From: Takakia lepidozioides
Lineage: Eukaryota; Plantae; Bryophyta
Direction: 5' to 3'
Assembly: GCA_030704615.1 (NCBI GenBank)
Contig: CM060731.1
Span: forward strand, 29,202,001-29,266,000
Length of the DNA stretch: 64,000 bases
The notes under the pieces were generated by a model that worked only from the letters and a program-made list of their open reading frames with translations, searched no databases and was not told where the DNA came from. How positions within the stretch are numbered: position 1 is the first letter of the stretch; each line of letters starts with the position of its first letter. Of this stretch, positions 49,221 to 59,466 are shown piece by piece. Both the position numbers and the translations under genes were made by a program.

Positions 49221-52200
49221 TTATTTCTTTGGCCATCTGACCAAGTCTTTGTCCATCTCGTCACACAGCCAACTAATCATATGAGTACGGGAAGCTATCA
49301 TGGTTGACTCGTTGAACCAACTTGCAGTAAACGCCCGCCTATGACGGGTTTCGATCTTCTGTGGTTTTCACATTGAACTTCCACTCCAAGTAAAATTGCA
49401 CAAAACAAAGTGCATAATAGCCGCACTCCCAACAGCTCCGTTGCTGGGGGACACTGGCCTCAAACCATTCCATCCTCTCCATGACGTAACTGAAGTCATC
49501 AGATCCAGGCATGAAATCAAAGAACGCTATGGCAAAATTTCGCAAAATTCCTTCAATGAGTTTGGGTCGGGCAATGGTTTTATGGGAGTCCAAATGTACT
49601 ATCCGACCTCGGCGCTCTAAAACAGCAACACTCCAGTGATCACTGCAACACAAACAAAGCCGTTACGTCAGAATAGAAAAAACATCTCCAATGAAACCCA
49701 TTGTGGTGTAAACCCAGTAGTGTAACCCTTTGTACTGTAACTCTAAACGGTGTTACACAACTAGTCAGCAGTCACTAGTGCAACTCAGTCTAGAATAGAG
49801 GAGTGTAACCCAACATGCTCAGTCAACGCTGAAATTACTTACTCGAAGACAATAGGGATGACAACCACGTCCACAAGATCTCGATTCTTTGTGAACACCA
49901 TCCCTCGGGCATCCTGAGTGTACCATTCTTGCACCAACCCGAATAGCGTCTGCAGATCGTTACCATTGGTACGCATGACATGCCATTGAAAGGAGCACAG
50001 ATGACAAACTCAGGTGCGATAGCCTTAAACAATTTGGCCTCCAGAAGTTTGTTGTAACCCGAGAGCAATGCATCTGTGACAGTTGCTCTTATTTTATACA
50101 TCGGCTCAAAATCTGTCTCTTCCAAGTAAAACTGTAACGGACTAGAAGCCAGGAAGGCATCGCCATAATAAAACTTCACTTCGGGCGCCCCAGGAGGGTC
50201 CGACACCATTCTGAACTTTGTCAAGTACCGTTGTTTTAGTCTGCACAACAAACCGCACATTACGAACATTACGATGCATCATACAAGAGTTATAATCAAT
50301 ATTCAAAATCAGAGAGGATCAAAGTACAATGAGGTACCTCGAACGCTCCCGCAAGTGCTTGGCAAGGACCTCTTGCTGCTGGACAACGTCAACCTCCGAG
50401 ACCCCTGCACTTTTGCCTTTCGGTTTGGTTCGCTGTTTTTTGGGTGCGACAAGAACAGATACTTCTTTGTCAGCGCTAGGGGGTTCAGCCAACCGCTTTC
50501 TTTGAGCAGGCGGCCGTTTTGACCTCCTGGGATTCTCTGCAACCCTGACAATGCCGCCGGTAGGGGGAATTTCTGAGCCAGAGGTGCCTTGTTCTGAGTT
50601 TGCTGCAAGTGCTGAAGACTGCACTCCCTCGTCTGAGACGTGCTGGGGAGGTGATTGACCAAGGGCAGAAGTGTCACAGCTCACCTCCTCGGTGCTACCC
50701 CTGTCAGTGTCACCCTTCTGTTCAAACCCCTTGTCACGCTTCTTAGTGTCACCCTTCTTCGGCTACCTCCTCAGTGTCACGATTCTCAGTGTCAATGTCA
50801 CCCTTCTCTTCGGCTACCTCCTCAGTGTCACTCTTCTTAGTGTCACCCTTCTCTTCGGCTACCTCCTCAGAGTCACGCATCTCAGTGTCACCCTTCTCTC
50901 CGGCTACCTTCTCAGTGTCATTATCAGTGTCACTCTTCGCAGTGTCACCCTTCTCATCGGGTTCCTTCCCAGTGTCACTCTGCTGAGTAACAATCTTATG
51001 TGTGTCACCCTTGGCAGTGTCACTCTTCTCAGTGTCTAGATGCTCCGCAACATCCTTCTCTTCGTGACTCTCCACAGTGAAACGCTTCTCAGTGTGACCC
51101 TGCTTTGTGTCACCCTTCCAACTGACAACCTCCTCGGTGACACCCTTCCCCGTGTCACCCATGTCGATGTCACTCTTCTTTGCATCAACCTCCTCAATGC
51201 CATCCTTGATTGTGTCGCCCTTCTCCGCACCCTCCAAGACCATGTTGACTAGCGGAAGACCGTCATCCGTCGCGACTAGTGGCCGTGGCAAAGGAGTGTC
51301 ACCTTCCACGACTAGTGGTAGTGGAATGTCATCCATGACAGTGTTACACTCACTGACATCTACCATGTGGGTTGGCTGTGGGGTGTCACCCCTATCAGTG
51401 TAACCCATGTCAATGTCACTCTCAACGGAAGTTGCAGTGTTCACGGGCAATGGTGTGTCACCCACGACAATGTCCCTCACGGCATTGTCAGCCACACCGG
51501 TATCCGCAGTGTCACCCCCTCCTTCCCTGTTGCTCCTCCACAGTGTCACCCTGAGGTGCAGTGTAACCCTCCTTCCCTGTTGCTCCTCTCTGCACAGTGT
51601 CACCCTCAGTGTAACCCTCACAGTGTCACCCTCACCCTCGTTTCAGGGCATCCTCCCCTTGCAGTGTCACCCTGCGCATCAATGGGACCCACGAAGGCTG
51701 GGTCATTCTGAGAGAGGTTGACCACATGATCCTGACAAATACTTACATTGCTGCATCGAGGGTTCAACCCAGCATCTCCAGATTCAAAGTCATACACAGA
51801 CTCTGGGTCAAGCGGGTCCCCGATTCTTCGATTAAGACCTTCAAAAGAAATGACTGGGCTGCGGACAAAGAGGTTCGCACTTGGGTGTTCCACCTTGATG
51901 TATCATCTTCAGTATCAGTATCAGAATTCATGGGCAAATCCCGCGTCAAGTCTGCTAGGTTCACCCCTAAGTGCAGCTGGGTTGAGTACAATTCACCAAC
52001 CTGCGACAAAGATACAACGGCAGATTGACTTGGAATGATGTCCTCGTCATGTACATCGTCGCTCTGCGGGGCGGAAATTGGCCCATCGCTCGTCTGCGCG
52101 CCCCCTACGCCCCCTGTATCGCATTGTGGAGGGGCCCATACACAACTTCGTGAAGCTCACGTTGAGCCTCAAAAAGGTTTTTGAACGCATTGGCGACTTG

Positions 52201-54617
52201 ATTGGTCATGAGCTCGGACTCATCTGCATCGGGGAAAAGACAAAGGTTTTTAGTCGTGGAACGAGGTTTTTGAAAGTGCAAGGGTTACACTATGTAAGGG
52301 TTACACTGACTAGGACAAGACAGTGGTTCGGATTACACGATGTGGGTTACACCACCCTGTTAGAGACAGTAGTTTGCAATGGGTTACACTACCATGGGTT
52401 ACACTACTGAGATTACACAACGAGAGGGTAACAATCTAGGGTAACACAGCGAGGGGTACCATTAGGGGTACACTGATTACAGGGTTACATACTCCGAGGG
52501 TTACACTGATTTTACACACAGTTACACAAGGTTCCACATAGCGAGGGTTACACTGATTACACACACAACGAGGGTTACACTGAGTTACAAGGTTCCACAT
52601 AGCGAGGGTTACAATGATTACAAGATTACACACAAAGGGGTTACACGACGAGAGGGGTGACAGTGGATGGAGTAACACTTACAGAGATACCAAGGCACTA
52701 CAGACCCAAGGTCTCTCATATACTGGATGCCCAAACGCGCATTGAAGTCCATTTCTGTTGGTGATTCGCTGAAGAGGCCACAACACCAAAGCTGGATAAA
52801 CGATTCTCTCTGTTGGATCGCAAAGTGATGGGCGGCGCGACGACGGCTTGCCTTGCAAAACTGTATAGCTCCGTTGATCTTAATTGACCGGTCACCCCAC
52901 TCTTCTGTACTCAAACTCGATCTTAAGTCTTCGAGCTCAGAATCCAAGGTCGCAATTCCGTCACCAGGTTGTGCAAAGTACATCAGACTAAAGCCGTAAT
53001 ACTCATCGACCAGGTCCTTCACCTTTGAGGCCGTAAGAGCACTTTCCAGAAGTTCAGTCGTGAACCCCAACCTGGGATGCGTTTGGGAAACTGACCTGCC
53101 ATGATTTCTTACATCGTTGTGGGCCAGAATTCTCAAAAGGAGTGGTGGCGGTCCAATGTGCGGTTTGGTGAGATTCTCCATTTGACTGATCAATCCTTCG
53201 GCAAAACCACGAGTGAATTCCAACGGATCTGGAACAACCAAACCTTTGATTCCATCTACAGTAATAGTGATGACAAGAGGATTTGAAGTTCTGGCATCGT
53301 CAAGGTCGGTATTGCCAACAGCTAGTTCGTCCATCGTGTCATCATCATGTGAGGCTTGGCTCTCTCGATGGACTCGTGTAAGTCTCCCACCTTTTTTCTT
53401 TTTCTGCTTTGGCATGTCAGGATGCCCAATGCTCTCTAAATACTCCTTCACCCGATCAATTCCTCTATCATTAACGGACCATGATCCGGCTGGGCAGTAA
53501 ACGCCTTGTGGGCAGCAACAACACTGTCCATATCATCGCTTCTAAGATGATATCGAGCTCCCTGCGCAATACAGCGTGAGGGGTTACACCAGAGAAAAAG
53601 GTTACAGCACGAGGGGTTACACATGAAAATGGGTTACAAACAAGATGGGCTACACGGGGTTACACAGAGGTGGGTTACACACCATAGGGGTTTTTAAAAG
53701 GGGTCCTCTGTAGGTGGGTTACACTCTGGGTTACACGCCACAGGAGAGACAGGGGGGGTAACAAAGGGTTACATGGATAGACAACAGCCCAAAATTTGAA
53801 AAACAGAGAAATGGCAGGGAATCCAACTTGATTGTCTGTCGATAGAACCCAACTTGATTTTGCAGCTGTCGCATGGACTGCGCCCTCGCCTCGCGCAACA
53901 AATTCTTGGAATGCCGGCCAAAACCCCTCTCATTGACATTCGGAAATGGGAACTGAGGAATAAGGCCATGCGGTAGCAGAAGGATTGAGCCTGGAGTTCG
54001 CTTTCGCAAGATGAACCTTGAGCTCCGGTTTCCCCGTTTCCAATGTTGATTTTCTTTGCAATAGGGACAGGTAGAGGCGGGCTCAATCGCCGCTTGTCTC
54101 TCTCGTTAGAAACCTGCCGAATAGAAGGACCAGGGACAGAAACAGCAGGAGCACCAGAAGATGGAACCTCTGTAGCAGAAATAGCCGAAGAAGGTACAAC
54201 AGCAGGCACTTCAATAGGATCTGCAATCTCACCCAAAGCCACCCTATTTTGCAGAATCCATGCATGATATGCATCAACAGAAGAAGCTGGAACAGAATTC
54301 ATCACATTTTCAACAGCCATGGCATGCTTGAGCTCCGCATCAGGAAACGGTTTTGTTCCTTTCGGTCTGGCCATACATGCGGCCGTTCCATCGACAATAT
54401 GCCGATTCAATCTGCTCTTATCTACCTTTACTGCCCCACAATAAGGACATTTGAACTTAGGCCGGCCCTTTGCTCCCTCCACCTTGGCCTCTCTACACCT
54501 GGTGTGGCAGTACGCGATCATTGTAGCATGCTCATGCTCAGTGTACCAGAAGCGATCCCTTTTCAAGTGATCAAATGGAATAGTAGCCTCTCCAGGGAAC
54601 AAATAACAATCAGCCAT
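49221..54617 (-). pseudogene. MULE accessory gene: zinc finger - unknown domain - acidic repeat - Ulp1 (C48) SUMO-protease domain, spliced, frameshifted
   Basis: Exons ~54617-53850 (CPYC...RH...C), ~53560-52683, ~52223-50338, ~50240-49843 and ~49642-49221. The last three splice junctions are in frame (WYL/YESELM, ERS/RLKQ, VIPIVFD/DHWSV). Ulp1 triad HW...LDS...QQRSCWECG. Linkage of the first exon is inferred. Confidence 0.75.
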
Positions 54618-55383
54618 GACAAAAGAAAAAGCTGACAGAAGAGAAGAGAAGAGCAAGAGCAAGAAAAGACAAGACAAAAAAGACCAAGACCAAGAGAATT
54701 CCGAAGAACGCACAACAGGGAGCACGCACAGCAAGGAGTGCAGGAAGAATATGAAAGGCTGCGAGAAGGGGAAAACTGAACAATGATCAAAGAACGAAGA
54801 ACGAAGCTAGCTAGATGTCACCCGTAAGGCACGTCGGTTAAGCGAAAGACGGCGGTTCATTAAAATCTGGCGGCTTGCAATCAATTATATCCGCAAACTG
54901 ACTCACACGTGTATGAGTTGCAATCCCGGTGTCACCGGAATAGCGGAGTGTAACCTGTAACCCTACACTTGTGAGCGCGACAAACCGGCCGTTACCCGCA
55001 TGCCAGCACGTCGAGTGTAACCTCCGTCAGGTACCCACATATGATGTAACCCTTCGTCACAACCTCATGTACCCCTAGTCTATGTGACTCCCGAACACAA
55101 CATCGATGTAACCCTGTCATATCAAACCATTAGTATGCAACCTCAGGTAACATGGTCAATGTAATGCCCCCCACGTAACCCTAGCCTATGTGGCTCCGCG
55201 AGCGCAACATCCACGTAACCCATCAAACATGTCAACCCCATCTAAACCTCCATTACTAAACCGTCTACCAAGCTAGCATGTATTGAGAAATAAAACACCG
55301 TGTAACCCCCTGTGTGTAACCATAGCACACGTGAGGTAGTCATATAAACCATCAGACATGTAACCGGTTTGACAGTGCTTGCA

Positions 55384-55590
55384 AAACATGCATGATTCGA
55401 TACGTATTGCATCCATAATAGCGATGAGTAGGCTGCCCCGGCTGGTGTGTGAAACAAAGATACACGAGAGGAGAGTGATGGGCACCCCGTCAAATGAGCA
55501 GCTGCTTGCATGGCTAGACCGAAAGAAACAAAACCCTTTCCTAATGCGGATCTTAGGAATACCATAGCCATCGGGACGGTGACAAAATAA
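55384..55590 (+). pseudogene. Inverted paralog of the MULE zinc-finger exon
   Basis: AACMARPKETKPFPNADLRNTIAI versus AACMARPKGTKPFPDAELKHAMAV in the 54617 exon; the upstream part has stops and frameshifts. Confidence 0.7.
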
Positions 55591-55904
55591 CAAGAATGAC
55601 ATTGAGAAAGAAAAAGAATAGAGACAACCGTATCAATCGTAGAGAAAACCGTAGTAAAGATTTGACGGATCGCTGCGCGGAAAGCGTTGTCTTGTATGTT
55701 GCGGGATGACGATACTGAACTGAATGAACTACAAATCTTTCGCATTGATGGTGAAGCCGATTGGGCACCATGGAATTGCAGAAAGCGGATGCCCCAAAGC
55801 AAAAAAACGAGCGAGCTAGGAATCTGAAAAACCGATGGAGAGAGCAAATTAGGGTTTTGACCTCTATTTAAACCTCCATTCGGCCGTCGGATAGTTTACA
55901 CGTG

Positions 55905-57030
55905 TATGATGTTACAGAGGGTTACATGGTGGTGAGGGTTACAGAGGGTCAGAGAGGGTACATGGAGTGAGGGTTACATAGGGTGAGGGTGACACTATGC
56001 GGTGTACAGAGGGTTACATGGTGGTGAGGGTTACAAAGGGTCACAGAGGGTTACATGGGTTATAGAGGGTTACATGGAGTGAGGGTTACATAAGGGTGAG
56101 GGCGACACTCTGCGGGTGTTACAGAGGGTTACATAGGTTACAAAGCCACATAGGGTTTGTGAGGGTTACATGGAGTGAGGGTTACATGGTGGAGGATGAC
56201 ACTCTGCGGTGTTACAGAGGGTTACATGGTGGTAAGGGTTACACCTGGTGAGGGATATAGAGGGTCACAGAGGGTTACATGGGTTACAGAGGGTTACATG
56301 GTGGTGAGGGTTACAGAGGGTCAGAGAGGGTTACATGGAGGAGGGTTGGGGTTGACACTCTGCGGTGTTACAGAGGGTTACATGGTGGTGAGGGTTACAA
56401 AGGGTCACAGAGGGTTACATGAGTGAGGGTTACATAAGGGGTGATGGCGACACTTGCGGTTGTTACAGAGGGTTACATGGTTACAGAGCCACAGAGGGTT
56501 GTGAGGGTTACGGAGGGTTACATGGTGGCGAGGGTGACACTCTGCGGTGTTACAGAGGGTTACATGGTGGTAAGGGTACACCTGGTGGTGAGGGATATAG
56601 AGGGTCACAGAGGGTTCATGGGTTACAGAGGGTTACATGGGGTGAGGGTACAGAGGGGAGAGGGTTACATAAGGGGGTGAGGGTGACACTCTGCGGTGTT
56701 ACAGAGGGTTACATGGTGGTGAGGGTTACAAAGGGTCACAGAGGGTTACATGGAGTTAAAGAGGGTCCAGAGGATTACATGGGTTACAAAGGGTTACAGA
56801 GGGTTACATGGAGTGAGGTTACATAGGTTACATGGGTTGCAAAGTGTTACAGAGGGTTACATGTAGTGAGAGTTACATAGGGGTGGGGGTGACACTCTGC
56901 GGTGTTATAGAGGGTTACATGGGTTACAGAGGGTTACATGGTGGTGAGGGTTACAGAGGGTCATGGGTTATATGGGTTACAGAGGGTTACATGGGGGTGA
57001 TGGTTGAACCCGGGGCGGGGGTTACAGGGA
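55905..57030 (-). repeat. Right subterminal array (GGGTTACA-based), inverted relative to the left array
   Basis: ~1.1 kb made of reverse-complemented units of the left array. Confidence 0.95.
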
Positions 57031-57700
57031 ACTTGCGGGACTGCTGGAAGCGCGGACTGGTGTCGCAGAACGACGACGCAGGGGGCGACGATGCGATGGG
57101 ATGAGGGTTGGGGGGGAGGGATTGACCGAGCCCAGCCGGCTGCCTTTCGATGTCTGCCGGAGGCGAAGAACCGGCTGTACGGGTGTCAGGGCTGGACCGT
57201 CCTGACGCGCTTGCATTAAGTTCTTACATTATTCCTATTATCTTCCTCTTTTTGCCAAGGTTGAGTCTGGTATGAACTTTATTGTGAGTATGTTTACCAA
57301 GTAGCACTGTCTGCTGTCTTACATATTAATTTTAGCCTCCTCATCCAGATGCAGGGCAAGGGTTGTGGCCGAGTGGAAATTTGATGGTGACCGAATGCAA
57401 GTACACAAGGATGGTGATTGCCTGCACTTCTGGTCACGGCTGGGAACTCCAGCAAGGCGGGGACATTGGATGCAGGGGCGTAATGAGGGGCAAGGGTGTG
57501 GCTATGAGCAGCCGACCTCTTCACCCACCTTTCGAGAGTCATGAGTCCTGAACCAACCTCTTCAAAACGGACGTAGAGGGGCCATTTCGGTGAGAAGGGT
57601 GGGGATGCTCTAAGGCCACGCAAAACACACTAAAAAATTTTGAAGCGATTATTTACGTGTAGGATAAAGCAGCCATACAAGGTGTTTCACCGAGGGTTAA

Positions 57701-58608
57701 CCCCTAAAGGACGAAACGACCCAAACTGGGTCGGTTAGGTTTAGAAAAGTGTCTAGTTATCACTGGGGTTAAGCCAGATTTAGGCATGATTAGGCTCATT
57801 GGATAGGTAATCGCGTCAGCTATGAGGTGACATTTCCCAATTCGTCATTGGGCCTGGCCCAGCCACATGGAACACCTAGAGTTTGCCAACATGGTGGTTT
57901 TCATCCCCCATTTTGGGCAGCTAACCTGCCCTCCATCCTACAGTATCAACTAGGGTCACGGAGAAATTCCACGCACCCCACTTGCGCAGGTTGGCGCGTC
58001 TCCCAACACCCTTTATTACGCCCCCTCCACCCTAAAGCGCCCCCCATTGGCAGGCAAAGGCAAAGGCACCCTCCCAAAACCCACATACCTTAGGGCTACC
58101 GGCCAAAAAGTATAGGCAAACATAGATGCACATGAAGAAGTCATGGGCAGGGGACAAAATCATAAGCTCTGATTGGCGCGAAAGTTTTTTTGTGCTTACA
58201 CAAACCTGCCCACTACAGTACAACCGGAGCGATTGACAATTTAACGGTTCAGATCTTTTCAACAAATTTTCTAATACGGTTTTGTGCTTGCCCCTTGAAA
58301 TTGGGAAATTTGACCCCCCAAATTGGCCATACAAAGCAGCCCACATGAGAACATGTCAGAAAAAGCTGAAATTTTCAGGGCAGGTGTCTTACCTGGCAGG
58401 GTACAAGATTATGGTTTGTGGCATGTCAAAAAATTTCACAGCTGGGAAAATCGATAAGAAAAGCGGCGTTTTTAACCCCATCGTAAATAGGAAATTTATT
58501 TTTGGCCCAACTTTCAATATTATAATCTTGCAATCCGGCGGTTCGATTTGAACCAGACTTTTTGTGGTCTTATCTGGGGTGGTCAAGTTGGGGTTAGTCC
58601 TTTAGGGG
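57701..58608. mobile_element. piggyBac-like non-autonomous element (TTAA TSD)
   Basis: TTAA|CCCCTAAAGGAC (57697-57712) ... GTCCTTTAGGGG|TTAA (58597-58612); no ORF. Confidence 0.6.
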
Positions 58609-59466
58609 TTAACCCACGTTACCTGTGATAATCTGTCACAGAGCCAGCTGGTGACATGGCAGCCCTCGTGGCAGAACGCTCAAACAGGTGAGCCTGGCAC
58701 CGAGTCTGAGGGGTGCTTTTCCCAGCGTAAGGAAACTCTTAGAAAATATCAGTTCCCCCTTGCCACACGGCAATAAGTACTTTTGTTGGCCAAGTCCTTC
58801 CCGGCCGTCTTCGGGGGTGCTCTTCACATCATTGCAGTCACCGTTTCTTATAAAGACACACTCTTCTAAAAGAAAAGGAAAAGACATGTGGAGTGCGGTT
58901 ACAAAACGTAACTCACTGTCGGGGTACGTTTCAGACCTATACACGGGGTAAGCACACTCAAAATACAAAGGAAATTTCCTCGAAATTTCCTACTCTGCTC
59001 GAGTGTCGCTTGGATTACGCCCCCTGCCCTGGGCATTCATGGAAGGGGAAATTTTTGAGCGGGCTTCACACAGGTAAAATTCGTACCACAGTGCCTCCAA
59101 AAAATCCCGGAAAGTCCTTCGATAAGAATTTTACCTGGGGGCTTTACCTACAACATTGCCGGGCTTTGCGGTTTTGACGGAAGAAAAAACATCAGGTTTT
59201 TGGGATGAAACCCACCACACTATACCAATGCGATTACATCTGCCGATGTTTCATCCAAATTTGACCCCACCGGCCACCGATTGCTCCAGTCTGCTGCGGG
59301 TCAAGTACTTAATCCATCCAGGTAGCTAAAAGACTAAGTTTGAAATTGTGAGTTGGGTGCCATGGCCTGGTAGATTTTGCAGGGGGGATCTGTCGATAGG
59401 ACTGAGATTGTTGGCCCCAAATTCACGTACCTTCTTTTGTATTATCGACAGGAAGAAGACGGTGCC

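Larger units (their letters stand above)
41660..57246 (+). mobile_element. 15.6-kb Mutator-like element (MULE) with long TIRs and subterminal satellite arrays
   Basis: TIRs start GGAAGATAATAGGAATAATGTAAG at both ends (~220 bp unique, then arrays); perfect 9-bp TSD TCTTTTTGC at 41651-41659 and 57247-57255; internal MULE/SWIM transposase and Ulp1 gene. Confidence 0.93.
41271..57610. mobile_element. Tourist/PIF-Harbinger-like MITE (~0.75 kb net) split by the MULE insertion
   Basis: 12-bp TIR GAGCATCCCCAC (41271-41282) / GTGGGGATGCTC (57599-57610), each flanked by TAA (41268-41270, 57611-57613). Confidence 0.7.

Noticed and set aside
56175-57219. ORFs rich in VTEGY/YRGLHG (also 42029-43898)
   Set aside because: Translations of the satellite and TIR; multiple frames are open and there are no domain signatures.
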